Source of the DNA: Eremomyces bilateralis CBS 781.70
Lineage: Eukaryota
Reading direction: 5' to 3' (one strand)
Assembly (NCBI GenBank): GCA_010015585.1
Contig: ML975178.1
Length of the DNA: 64,000 nucleotides
The notes under the pieces were generated by a model. It was not told the DNA's origin. It saw only the letters and a program-made list of their open reading frames with translations, and ran no database searches. This document shows, piece after piece, positions 12,901 to 24,923 of the stretch. Position numbers and translations under genes: made by a program. Each line of letters opens with the position of its first letter. Within the stretch, counting starts at the first letter, position 1.

Positions 12901-15900
12901 GTCAAGAACATCTTCAATTCTCTGGAGAGTCTGATGAAGAATCCCGCACCGATTCTGATCGGCACGAAAACTCTGGTGGTCCAACATTTCCATACATGGC
13001 TTCCCGAGCTCGCTGGCTGCATGGTTCCGATGGAGATCCTGAAGATCGCGACGAGCTTTATCGACTCCTGTGCAGACGTACAAGGCAAGCTAGTGCTATA
13101 TCTCTTCGTCCTCATCATCCACCTGGGCCAGGTCCCCGTCTTCAAGCTCCCCGACGTTCGACGACCCCTTCTGACAAGCACCATCCGATGGCTCGCGCCG
13201 TACTGGGGCAAGGTCGACACGGTTACCGACCAGTGGAAAGATCAAGTGCGCCTCTGCTGTTCGGTGGTCGCATCGCAGATCAACGAGCTTGGACAGGAAG
13301 CGTGCGAATACATCCCGAAGTTGGTCGACTCATACCGAGCCATCCAATCCTCGCCGAGGACGATGAAAAAGTCATTGTCATTGCTCTTCCCAACGACATA
13401 TCCGTCCCCGTCACGGCCGACCGAGAAGCCGTCAGAATTCGAGGAATCACTGGGCGAAATCGCCGCGGTGTTGGCAGCGATCACGAACCTGCCGACGACC
13501 ATCCACCTCGACCTCCCCAAGCAAGAACTTGCTGAGTTTCTATTCGGTGCGCTGCAGACGTACATCTCGATCCTGAACGGCGACGCCTTCCCCACTTCCT
13601 GGCTCAGCACGCACATCTATCACCACAAATCGACCCTCCGCACTCTCGAAAAGCTTGCCAGCATTCTCATCGACTCCTTCCTTCCCCACCCCGATGACGC
13701 CGACCAGTTCAACACCGACCTTTGGCGCGCGTTCTTCGACGCCCTGCTCAAGCTCGTCGGATCGAATGCCCTGGCGCTCGAAACTTTCCCGGAGCAGAAA
13801 CGTCGAGCCGTCTGGAAAATCGCCGGGGACGTCCGCGAGCTTGGAGCGGATCTGCTGCGTCGAACATGGGAGGCGATCGGGTGGGAGACCAGTGCGGAGG
13901 ATCGGAAACAATATGGGCTGGAAAAGCTGGGTGGGTATCAAGTGCAATACGTGCCTGGCCTCGTTGCACCGATCGTCGAACTGTGTCTCACCGTGCATGA
14001 GGGACTTCGCATCACGGCGATCGAGGTTCTGCAGACGATGATCGTGAGCGAATGGACGCTGAGCCAGGATCTTTTGCTCATTCAGGGCGAGGTGATCGAG
14101 GCACTGGAGCGAATCTTCAAGAACAAGGTGCACACGGAGAGCATCTTGCAGAAGCTGTTCATTGGCGAATTGATCGATGCGTTTGAGCCGTTGGCGCGCA
14201 ACTCCGAGGATGGGCTGTTCGTCGCTGTGAAGAACCTGGTGGCTGTGGTGGATGAGTTGCTGGATCTTCTCGTCGCGGTGCACAGTACCGAGGCGAGCGG
14301 AGAAGCATTCCATATCATGGATACGCTGAAGTTGATGGAGTTCTTGCGCGACATGCAGAAGGAGGATATCTACATCCGATATGTGCATCAGTTGGCGAAA
14401 CTGCAGCTCGATGCTAGAAGCCCGACAGAGGCAGGGTTAGCATTGAGGCTCCACGCCGATCTGTATGATTGGGATCCTCTGACCACGATCGATGCATCCG
14501 AAGACCCTGAGTTCCCGCCGCAGACACTATTTGAGCGGAAAGAGCAGCTGTATTTCCAGATGATCAAGCACTTCGAAGAGGGTCAATCCTGGGAGAACGC
14601 GCTCGATAGCTACGTAGAGCTCGCGCAACAGTACGAACACAATGTCTTCGACTTCAATAAACTGGCCAGGACACAACGAGCGATGGCGACGATCTACGAA
14701 AGCATCGCGAAAGGCCAGCGACAGCATCCGCGGTACTTCCGCGTCCAGTACAAAGGCCTGGGTTGGCCGATGGGCCTCCGCGACAAGCAGTTCATATTCC
14801 AAGCCCCCGGTTCCGACAAGTCGGCGACCTTTACGGACCGCATGCAAGAGCAGCATCCCTCCGCGCAGATCATCTCATCCGAAACCGACGACGATCTCGA
14901 AGGTCAATACCTCGTCATCTCCCCCGTCGCCGTCCAGAAAGACATCACGCATCCGATCTACCACCGCACCAAAGTTGCTCAGCCGGTACGTGACTATCTC
15001 CTCGCCGCGCGACCACATACCTTCACCACCCCCACGCGTCGCCAAGCCAACGTTGAGAATCTCGATAAAACCACCTTCGAAACCGCCGAGACCTTCCCGA
15101 CCATCCTCCGCCGCTCCGAGATTATCGCCACGCAGACTGTTTCGGTCCCCCCGCTGCACGCGGCCTTGGAACGCATCACACGCAAAACATCCGAGCTCGC
15201 GAGCATGGAGCGGAAAGCGGGTGAGGGCGACGAGAGCAACATGACGACGTTTACGGAGTTCTTGATGGTGATGGTGGATCCGAAATCCGAAAATGGATGC
15301 GCGAAATACCGGAACCTGCTGCCAACGAGGGCGCGAGATAGTATGGGACTGGAAGACGAGGAGGCCGACGAAGAGCAGGAGGATCCGTTACATGATGCGT
15401 TGAGGATGAGCTTGATTGAACATGTGCTGGCGATCAAGCGGGCGCTAGGCGTGTTTTCGAGGTCGAGTTACCAGGCTACCAGGGACGATTTGACGGGCCG
15501 TAAGTGATCCCCATTTTAGATACACAATCATCGTACTCACCAGTGGCTCAGGCTTTGAACACACTTTTGCACCAGAACTCGAAGCGCTCGCGCCAGCGTC
15601 CAACCCATTCGGTCTGCTATCCGCCCTCGGGTCACCATCCAGCTCATGGCAACACGGCACGCCGCCCGCCACCTTGCGCACCCGTAATGGCACGACCTCA
15701 ACTGCTCCCGACCTCCCCGACCTGGCCTCCACCATCCTAGAGAAAGAGAAGCGAGCCGACAAAATGAACCGTCTTTCCCTCACCTTCCTCAAGCGCACCA
15801 GTATCCTCGACCCTATCAACCGCTCGAACGCCAAGAACACTTCCAACCTGCCCCTGGGGTCCGCCACCGAAGTCAACGGCACGAACCACGCCTATAGTCC

Positions 15901-16339
15901 CATGAAACGCAGCATCTCGCAGAAGCGTCCGAGCCGTGATGGCGTGGATCGCAACATTTCGGCACTCCCGCAACATGTCCCTGCATCTGCCCCAGCTACT
16001 GTCCGCCGCAAGGAATCAATATCGATATCTGGGCGGGGCAGCAGTGGGTTACAAGCTCTGTTCTCGAACAAGCACGATGAGCAGGCGCGCGGTAGTGCGA
16101 CGGAGGGGGATCGTTCGGGGAGCCTGGGACATGGTGGGCCGGTAAAGGGTGTAGAGAGGCCGGAAACGGGGAGGAGTGGGTCGAGTCATGGTGGAGCGGT
16201 TGGAGTGGGAGGACCTGCAAGAGAGGTAGTAAGTGCAAAAGGGGGGACCGTGAAGAAGAGATTTAGTCTCTTGAACATTGGGCGGAAGGCAAGTCAGGCG
16301 AGTGTGAAGGGGAGATATGACGATGTAATGGAGGAGTGA
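9976..16339 (+). CDS. dck1: DOCK180-family Rac GEF (Dck1-like): SH3, C2/DHR-1 and DHR-2 regions
   Basis: ATG at 9976 (MPWRPLPRIAF). N-terminal SH3 (DLPLEIGDELYII...WYRGY). DOCK-like segments YIRYVHQLAKL and YFRVQYKGLGWP. Intron 15500-15551 (GTAAGT...CTCAC...CAG) joins in frame to the 15674-16339 ORF. Confidence 0.92.
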
Positions 16340-18596
16340 GACAATGTCGTTCCTTTTGGTTTTCATTTCTGGTTCTTCCGAACGTTGCTCTCGTCTTGGG
16401 ATCTGGATCCCGGCAGGGTTCGTCCCGTGAGCGAGCCCCTTTTCTTTTATTTCCCAGATGTGTTACCGCTTAAATTTCCTTTCCTATGTCAGGGATCGTC
16501 GTATGGAAGATTTTCCCGTGGGCGAATTTGGCGGCTCGATGGTTGGATGGCGAACACTGTCGAAATACCCCTGAGCTGGCGGTTGTGGTTCGGACTACTG
16601 CTTGGGCTGTAGCTTTTCAGCTTGTACGCTTTATTGAAAGAAAAAAAGTCCGGGTATCTCCATTTAGATTATCATCATAATTATTGATTTTAAGATGAAC
16701 AATACCTTTCTAATGGTGAGTTGAACACTGCGAACCGTCTGCGAGCAACCTGTAACAAGATCGTCTCAAGAGTGGTCAAATAAATATCAACAAGGCCTCC
16801 CGCTACAGATTGCTCTTCTTTAGAAGCGCTGACCTTGGGGGGGTACATGCTGTCAGTAGTTATTCTTTGTGCCCTCTTAAAATCATTAATCACACCCAGC
16901 AAATCTGTAGCTAAGAAAACCCCCGAATGGAGCGAAGTCGTTGACAGTTCAAGAGACCAAAAGGGAGCCTTGGAAAGAGCTAAGGACCGACCCCTCAACT
17001 GCTGATAATGTTTACAGGCCTTCGTCAGTAGAAATTTCGATGCCAATCGTCCAAATATACACGGACACCAGCTCTCAGTGGACGACGTGGTGGCATTCTC
17101 AGTCCTTGATTGCTTCGGTGATTACGATGGAAGCGACTCGTTCCTGGATTGGAGACCCATCACCCAGTCTGAATTCACCTGAGCTGCAGGGCCATCTACT
17201 AATTGAGACCGGCTCGATTCAGGAGTGACTCCTTTAAATGGTATATGGTGTCCCCAGCATCATAAAACCCCGTTCCACGCTCTTGTCTCATATCATCTTT
17301 CCCAGATTGCAGTCTACAAATTTTGACTAGGTGCAGTGTGTACATAGCGAAAACAGTATTTAATAGAAATACAAACGTTGGTATGACATTGATCCGGATC
17401 GGAAGGGATCTGCAACATGAAATTATGCTGCAGCCGTACGATTGAAGAGTGGCGACAAGCCATCATACCTTAATTTGAAATCTCTACATGTCGGCCTCTT
17501 CTTCAACATCGGACCCAGGCTCCAGTGCATGTCTCAATGCAGCATTCAGGCCCGAAGCGATTGGCATTGTATAAAACAAGACTGGATTGACCACTTAATT
17601 GGCCCCCTTCATTCATTACTGATTGTCAGAGAGAGGAGCCTGATTATCAGATACCACATGCACAATGAGGACAACAGACTTGATTTCTTCCAAAATCTTG
17701 TACATATACACAATTTCCTTTAGCAATACTATCAGTAATACAAAGTAACAGTCTTTTCAAAACATAATTAATCATCAACCATGCGTAAATAAAAGCGTTC
17801 CTTGCGAGTCCCTACTTCTCCTGTGCATACTGTGCCTTGACCTTTTTGTTGTACATAGGCCCAATTGAACAACATCAAATAATCACCGCAAAGTTTAAGA
17901 TGCAGGAGATGTGGTACTGAGAGCTATCAGCAATGCAGTGGAAAGCCTAGGCATGCTGCAAGGGACAAGAATTCTTATCAGTATCACAGTCTAGTTGATC
18001 AATTGATGCGAGTTGGGATAAAAAGAACGAACATGAAACGGACACCACTTTGTTGTCCAATCAGTTATGGTTCCCAAAAATTCCTGTTTTCCTGGGCTTT
18101 CAAGGTTAATCGTCAAACAACATCGCTCGCCGAGAACGCCTCTCCCTTCTCTCCCACTTCCGCGTTCCTATCCACATAGATTCTGGATTCCAGCTTCACC
18201 CGGCGTGGCGCCCACGACTCCTAACCTAGAAAACCTACATGTCGTCTCCCTCGTGGCGCTAAAATCCGCTCATTCCTGCAGGAACGCTCGCCTGCATGTT
18301 TCGACGCAGGGAGCACGTCGCTTGGAGGTAGTAGAAGAGTGACAAGCAGACGGGCTGGGTGTGGCGTGTAGGGCGGCCAAGGAGTGGGAGAGATTTTTTT
18401 TATATCGGCATTCATTCCACATGGTGAGCAGGATGTCTTTCTTTGTCGATTCTCGCAGAAGTCAGTTACACTCTCTCGCCCTCTGCTAGAAGTCACTCTT
18501 TACGGTCTGTGACCAGTTCATCCATTATACGCTGCCTTTGGTGCACGCTATCAGTCACTCCTTTTCTTTTGATTCGATATATTCCTTGCGGACAAA

Positions 18597-20219
18597 ATGG
18601 CTTCTACTGGCAATCTTATTCTCAGGCTGGGCTTGATAGCTGGCCTTTTTACTTCTACTTATGCGACTTTTGTCGTCCAATGTTACAGTCGTCTTGTCGA
18701 CGACATGCTAGACCACGTTGTCAATCCAGGAAGCACTTCCGGACATCTCCACGCCATCTGCGGTGGAAATGGATTTGCCGGCTCCATGACATTCGATCAG
18801 GCGCGCGCATCCAGCTGCAGCAATTGCAATATCAAAGAAGACTTGTCCAACTACTGGACACCGAAGTTGTTCTTCCGAGCTCAAAACAGTAGTTTGATCT
18901 CCGTTAAGATCATCGGAGACAACGACTAGGGGAACATGGGAGGGATGGCCATCTACTATCTTCATCGACCTGGGCCTGATAACGACCCTCTCATTCCATT
19001 TCCGCCTGGCTTCCGAATGCTAGCGGGAGACATGAACAAACGCACGCCAGGAAACGACTTTGCAAGCCTCGCAGTGCGCCACCGGTGCATCGGTACCAAT
19101 CAAGAAATAACCAATCTTCCATTGACGAAGTGCAATGGAGGTGTCCGTACTCAAGTTGTTTTTCCGTCATGCTGGGATGGCATTAATTCGGACTCCACTG
19201 ACCACAAGTCTCATGTGGTGTATCCAGTCGACGGATACTTTGATGGTGGACGATGCCCGAAATCTCATCCAAAACACCTCATAACCCTCTTCTATGAGGT
19301 GTACTATAGCAGTGACCTGTTCTCAGACCTGTGGACTGAAGATGGCAAGACTCAGCCATTTGTATTCTCCAATGGTGACACCACCGGCCATGGTTTTCAC
19401 GGCGATTTTCTCAACGGCTGGAGCCCAGAGACTTTGGAGAAAGCTGTCAACAACTGCGTCGACGGCACACCGAATTGCCCAGAGCAGACCTTCACCTTCT
19501 ACGAGCAAGGCGACACGCAGAAATGCAAATTACAACAAGTAGTACAGGTGTAAGCACTTGGTGTCATGGATAGCCTTCCGGGGTGTAATCCGATCAGCAA
19601 CGCCGCTGGTGTACTTCAACAGCCTGCGAATGGATGCAAGCCAGGCTCTGGAGGCCCCATTGCTGCTCCGACTCCCGCTAAACCAGGCACATCTGTGCCT
19701 CCAAGCCTACCTCCGGCGAATGTCCCGACTCCGGCTCCTTCGCAACTCCCATCCACACTTGTCCCGGTTCCAAGCGGTCCGACCACGAGCCACTCTGTTC
19801 AAGATGTGCCGTCTTCAAAGCCGAACATCTCACTACCTTCAGGGGGTCTACCCGGCCCAGCGTCTCCGCCCGGTGATTCCGGGAAATACACAGACATGTC
19901 ATCTGCCGGTTGGAGATATTTAGGCTGCTTCCCAGATAGCTCCAACTCGCGCATTCTCAGTGCAACGATGCGTGGCAGCGCTGGCATGACCGTTGAGAAG
20001 TGCCTGGCGATCTGTACCGCAGACGGCTTCGGCGTTGCCGGCGTGAAGTGGAGCTCCGAATACTGGTGCGGACCGAAGGTGCCCGTGAAGCGGACGTGCC
20101 GGGCTGTCTGTGATTCGCAGTGCAAGGGAAGCAGAAATCAGATTTGTGGTGGAACTGGTGCGTTGGGAGTTTATCAGAAGGTGGTGAAGGAGACGAGAAA
20201 GGTTGAGTGGGTTGCATGA
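18597..20219 (+). pseudogene. Secreted DUF1996 + WSC domain protein gene with two in-frame stop codons
   Basis: Three ORFs lie in one frame, separated only by TAG (18927-18929) and TAA (19551-19553). Signal peptide, DUF1996 motifs (HLHAICGG, DLSNYWTP, FPSCWDG, GHGFHGDFLNGW, LPGCNP), a Pro-rich linker and a WSC domain (WRYLGCF, MTVEKCLAIC, CKGSRNQICGG). Confidence 0.75.
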
Positions 20220-20675
20220 AGGAGCCAATGGATTGATGGGGGATGGCTTCGCTTCGATTCTCTTACTTCTGCCTGCAGCACTGCCTTTGCTTCCGCAGTT
20301 CCGCTTGGTCGTCGGTGACCGATGACTCAAACTTAGACTTGGACTTTTGATGGCTGGTGAAACGGCTCGTATAAGTACAGTTACCTACCAGTAGATTACA
20401 ATCCATATCGAAATCCGGATCTTACGCTCCGAGACGTCTAGTACAATGTCTCTTTCCTCAATTCGGATCATTTAAGAAGATCCAAATAATTGTAATATTC
20501 TCAGGCGTCCTCGCTGCTTTTTGACTCTCACCCCTGGCTTCGGTCCTCAGAATAGCCTTGCTGCCTGAGGCCTTCAAACATCACGTGCACGCTAAGCATC
20601 GCCAAATTTTCCGCGGCCTTTAAATTCAAAGTGCAGCCTCCAAAAGTTTCTGCATCACCCAAAAGTTGTCGAACA

Positions 20676-21654
20676 ATGCGGCTGTATCTAATACGCCACG
20701 GAGAAACAGTTGATAATGTAGCACAACTGTAGTAAGTATCTCCTGCTGATCCTTTTGATCATCGCTGACTTCCCTAGTGCAGGTTCACGAGACTCGCCTC
20801 TCACGAACCATGGCTTCCAACAGGCAACCAGACTCGGCCAGCACCTCCACAGTCAGGGTGTGAAGTTCAGCCGTGTATTTTCCTCGGACTTGCAGCGCGC
20901 AGTCAAGACGGCCGAGCAGGTTCTCAAGCCGCATGCAGAGCAGGATGATGTTGTTCCACATACCAAGGTCGCCTTGATCCGCGAGCAGGACTTCGGTTCG
21001 TTTGAAGGGGCGACGTTTCTACCTCGCGCAAAAGCTCCGGGTATCCCGCTCGCTCATGAGGTCGACGCGAATGCCGCGTACCATGTGCCCATGGAGTCGA
21101 TCGATAGCATGGAAAGGCGGGTGGATGAGTTCCTGGCGGACCACTTGATCTCGGCCGTTCATGGAACCGAACGGCTGGAAAATCAATCCATCGCTGTGGT
21201 CTCGCATGGTATAACATTATCGGTCATGTGGGGGAGACTCCTGGCTCGGTTTTTGCCAACGAAATCTGTCGCGTTCCATCAAGACCTCAGCTCCCTTCGA
21301 TCTCCTCCAAGTCTGGAAGGACTTGGAAATTGGTCGAACACTGGGTATCTAGAGCTTGATCTCTTCCGGGGCCCGGAAACGGTCCTGCGTGGTCTGAAAG
21401 AACCTGCACCCGATACAGACACCGAGGTTGTAGCCGAGACGACTGTGGTTATGCAACAGGACAAGGAGAAATCCGAGTCGGTTGTATTAACCCTTGATGG
21501 CTGGACTACTACGATCAGAGTCGTCAATGGGCGAGATCATTTGACCGGACTCAAGCGAACTCGAGGCGGAGTCGGCAGTTCTCGGTATGATAAAAATCAG
21601 AAGACTCTCGACAGCTTCTTCCAACCGCAGAAGAACGACAATGTCTCTGACTAG
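20676..21654 (+). CDS. Histidine phosphatase / phosphoglycerate mutase family protein
   Basis: Exon 1 (20676-20731) encodes MRLYLIRHGETVDN with the catalytic RHG motif, which the ORF track misses. Intron 20732-20777 (GTAAGT...CTGAC...TAG). Exon 2 has SSDLQRA, EQDFGSFEG and VVSHG. Confidence 0.92.
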
Positions 21655-22929
21655 CTTCAGCTTCGGCTTCCTTGTTGAACCGCTTGTTGTAGCTTGGTCC
21701 TCTCGTTGGAGGCATTGACGATACCAATTGGTGAGTTCCATCTTCCTTCTGCTGTCGCGCCACCCCACAATTCCTATGATGAAGCAAAAAACCTTACAGA
21801 CCTGTTCCGATTATTTGAAATGCGGACACACCCAATTTTGTTCTCTGAGAGAAATTACCTGCAACACCGTTTTCTCCTCAACTCTGTCGACCCATGCTGA
21901 CGACCCTCAAAAGATCTAGGAATCGCATTGGCATCGTGGTAGTGTTGAGACATGGTGATGGGATGAGTAATTGCTTCTGCAATTCAGATGAACGGGAGCT
22001 ACTAGAACTATGAATTAATTGAATACCATATTTTTGATCACATGCTCATGGCGTCCAGTAGGAATTATCTCACCATATGTAATATTGCTGAACAGCTGAA
22101 GAGATTGTAAAGTGCACGGCTGAAGCCTCGATTTTTCGCCTTATGGCCTTGGGGCCTTGCCATTCGGCCATTCGCCCATTCCCGCAGCAGCTGCGGACGA
22201 GCCACATGCCAGTCTTGGCAATGTTTGGATAGCAACGACATTCAAGCACGACTCGAACATATTGCTGCAAGGCCAGGACTTAGATTAAAGCTGCACCGGA
22301 TAATTGATTTGTGAACTGCCGTACGAGGCTTTCAAGCACTGTCATTCGTTTCCACCGTTCACCTGCCATTGCCCAAAGTGCGTGGACCACCGAATTGATT
22401 GTTTGTGCCCCCATTCCACAACAAACGCACAAGACATCGTCGAAGTGACTGACCTGAAGAATGCCAGATCCCGTCTCCCACAGGTTTTGGTGATAAGCGC
22501 CTGGTTTTTGGTGTTCCAAAACTGTATGGTGCACTTTACACACTCTCCATAATGTTCGTAACATGCTCCTCTCTTTCATCTTCCCCCCATCGCCCGACCC
22601 CCTCACCTGCTCGCGTGGCTTCTCCAACTCCAAGCCTGGTGGAATCGTCGTCCTGTGTGAATCTCCACGCATTTCATGCAAGCACTGCACTGCGGGAAAC
22701 CATCATGGGTCTACCGCACTCGCCAGTCAACAAACCTGCAGAGACGCCGCTGCCTACCTCTCCTAATGCACCGACATCAGCGTACTCCAGCCCGCTTCAA
22801 AAGAGCTTCCTGGGGGCGCTGCTCCGCCACTACCGCCAGCCCGAATCGAGCACGGAGAACCCAGATGCAGCATGTGATACCGCCGAGATGGACAGTGAGA
22901 GCTCACATATGGATTCAAGGCACGCCAAC

Positions 22930-23685
22930 ATGAACGCCACCACGGCCGCGGCGCGGACGAAGACGTTTCGACCGCAGAAAGCGAGGAGCGGAACACAGGG
23001 ATGGCAGTTGAAGCAATTTGCCGACGCGACGCTGGGGAGCGGGAGCTTGAAGAAGGCGGTCAAGTTGCCGGAAGGCGAAGACCGCGATGAGTGGTTGGCG
23101 GTCAACGGTATGGCAAAGCAACAGTATATACGAAAACAACGGCTGATGATGAAAGTGGTCGACTTCTACAATCAGATCAACCTGCTCTACGGATCTATAA
23201 CGGAGTTCTGTTCCCCGCAGAGCTGCCCGGAGATGAAAGCGACGGATGAGTACGTTTCCTCAAAGGCCCTCGACAAGTGTTTTTCGTGGCTGACTGTGTC
23301 CCTTAACAGATTCGAATACCTGTGGCAGGACAGCGAGAGCTTCAAGCGACCAACCAAGATGCCCGCCCCTCAATACATCGAACACCTGATGGCATGGTGC
23401 CAAAGTAACATCGACAACGAGCAGATGTTCCCCTCCCGAATCGGCGTTCCTTTCCCGAAACAGTTCGGTCCGCAGCTCCGCAACATGGTCAAGCGGCTCT
23501 ACCGAGTATATGCCCACATCTACTGCCACCATTACCCGGTGGTCATCGCCCTTGGGCTGGAGCCGCATCTCAATACGAGCTTCAAGCACTACGTACTGTT
23601 CATCAATGAGCATGACCTGGTGACCGGGAAGGACTTCTGGGGCCCTCTAGGTGATTTGGTGGAAGGGATCCTAAACAGCGATTGA
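22930..23685 (+). CDS. mob1: MOB kinase activator MOB1
   Basis: [58 protein letters not shown] and [10 protein letters not shown]. Introns at 23108-23155 and 23250-23309. Start uncertain: in-frame ATGs also occur upstream, e.g. 22552 and 22705. Confidence 0.93.
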   Translation: MNATTAAARTKTFRPQKARSGTQGWQLKQFADATLGSGSLKKAVKLPEGEDRDEWLAVNGMAKQQYIRKQRLMMKVVDFYNQINLLYGSITEFCSPQSCPEMKATDEYVSSKALDKCFSWLTVSLNRFEYLWQDSESFKRPTKMPAPQYIEHLMAWCQSNIDNEQMFPSRIGVPFPKQFGPQLRNMVKRLYRVYAHIYCHHYPVVIALGLEPHLNTSFKHYVLFINEHDLVTGKDFWGPLGDLVEGILNSD

Positions 23686-24172
23686 GACTCCTAGATTGTA
23701 TGACTATGGCGTTATGACGAAGTTTGGGAGTGTAAGCGATGACTATCAGGCATCGTATATTTGTTTTGATTGCGGCATACTGGGTACGACTGGCAGGCGA
23801 GCATATTTCGTCTGGTCCAACATTGCGACACGATAACGACGAGAGGACTGGCGTCTGTATTGTAACACTTGAATCACCCTTGAGCAGAGATAACCATTTG
23901 TCGAAAATCCCCACTTGAGCTCTAAATGTACTTCTTGTGCCCTGGCTTAATCGTCAAGATTTATAATCTAGCTAGGGTATAACATCACTGTAGCTGGTAT
24001 GCCGTATGTTATATGTATAATGTAGCACTAGACGACGATCTTGCGAATGCTGGTGATGTAGCATTTGGAGTGGGCAACTTTTACGCTACCATAGTAGTTT
24101 CTGTCTAGCTAGACTTTGCTGCTACAAGAGAGCTAGTCTGAACACTTCATGTCCTCATATCCTGGGCTTCCC

Positions 24173-24923
24173 CTAGGACCATAGCTGGCGAATTAACACA
24201 CCCATCCACCCTGCTTCGTTCAAGAAAGGGTCCAACATCTGGTCTACCCAAAAGGCCCAATCGTCATCCAATCTCCCGCAACCATATATCGCTCGCGAAT
24301 ATTCCTAGTAGCTAGGATACCAACCGGCAAACTCCCAATCGACCAACACCACGTCGTATTCAGGAGACACTTCATTGCTATAGTTCAGACCCGGTAGCAG
24401 GCGGACTATCACGTTCTTCCGTTAAAAGTCGCCGTGTGTGAACGTGGAGGGTTGCCTTGTAGGACTCGAGGAAAGTGTCGTTTATAGTAAGCAACCTTTG
24501 TCTTGGGTAAACTGTTGTACGTAGCCTTGTGGGCCAACGCGTCGTCTAACTCCTGTTCTGTTTGGAACGGGCCGGCGATCGAAGCGGATTTGTTATCTGT
24601 CCCGAACAAGTCAAGCAACGGGCCGCTCATGGGATTACAGTACCCTCCAGGCGATGGGAGACGGCTTAGAAGGCGCTTGAAAGAGCGCGTAAAGCTTTGG
24701 AGCGCGAACCGAAGTGGATCGGTAGTGAAAGACGAGAACCCCTCCCTCGGCGGTCTCAACTTGCCGGGCCGAATATGGCGATGAAATGCGGACCGACGCC
24801 GACGACTTTGCGAGTTTCGTAGTCAAGAAACACCTCTTGAGAGGCCAGGATTTCTTCGATGCTTGGAAGTCGGGCGGGAAAAGTTGCGGCATCGGCGTAG
24901 AATGGCAAGGAAAGCGAAGGCAT
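24173..24923 (-). pseudogene. Degenerate aminoglycoside phosphotransferase / choline kinase-like (APH) gene
   Basis: Fragments in different frames: RKVVGVGPHF, VRAPKLYALF, GPFQTEQELD, FTHGDF*RKNVIV (Brenner motif with a stop) and LVDWEFAGWYPSY*EY. Frameshifts, two internal stops and an apparent internal deletion. Confidence 0.85.
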
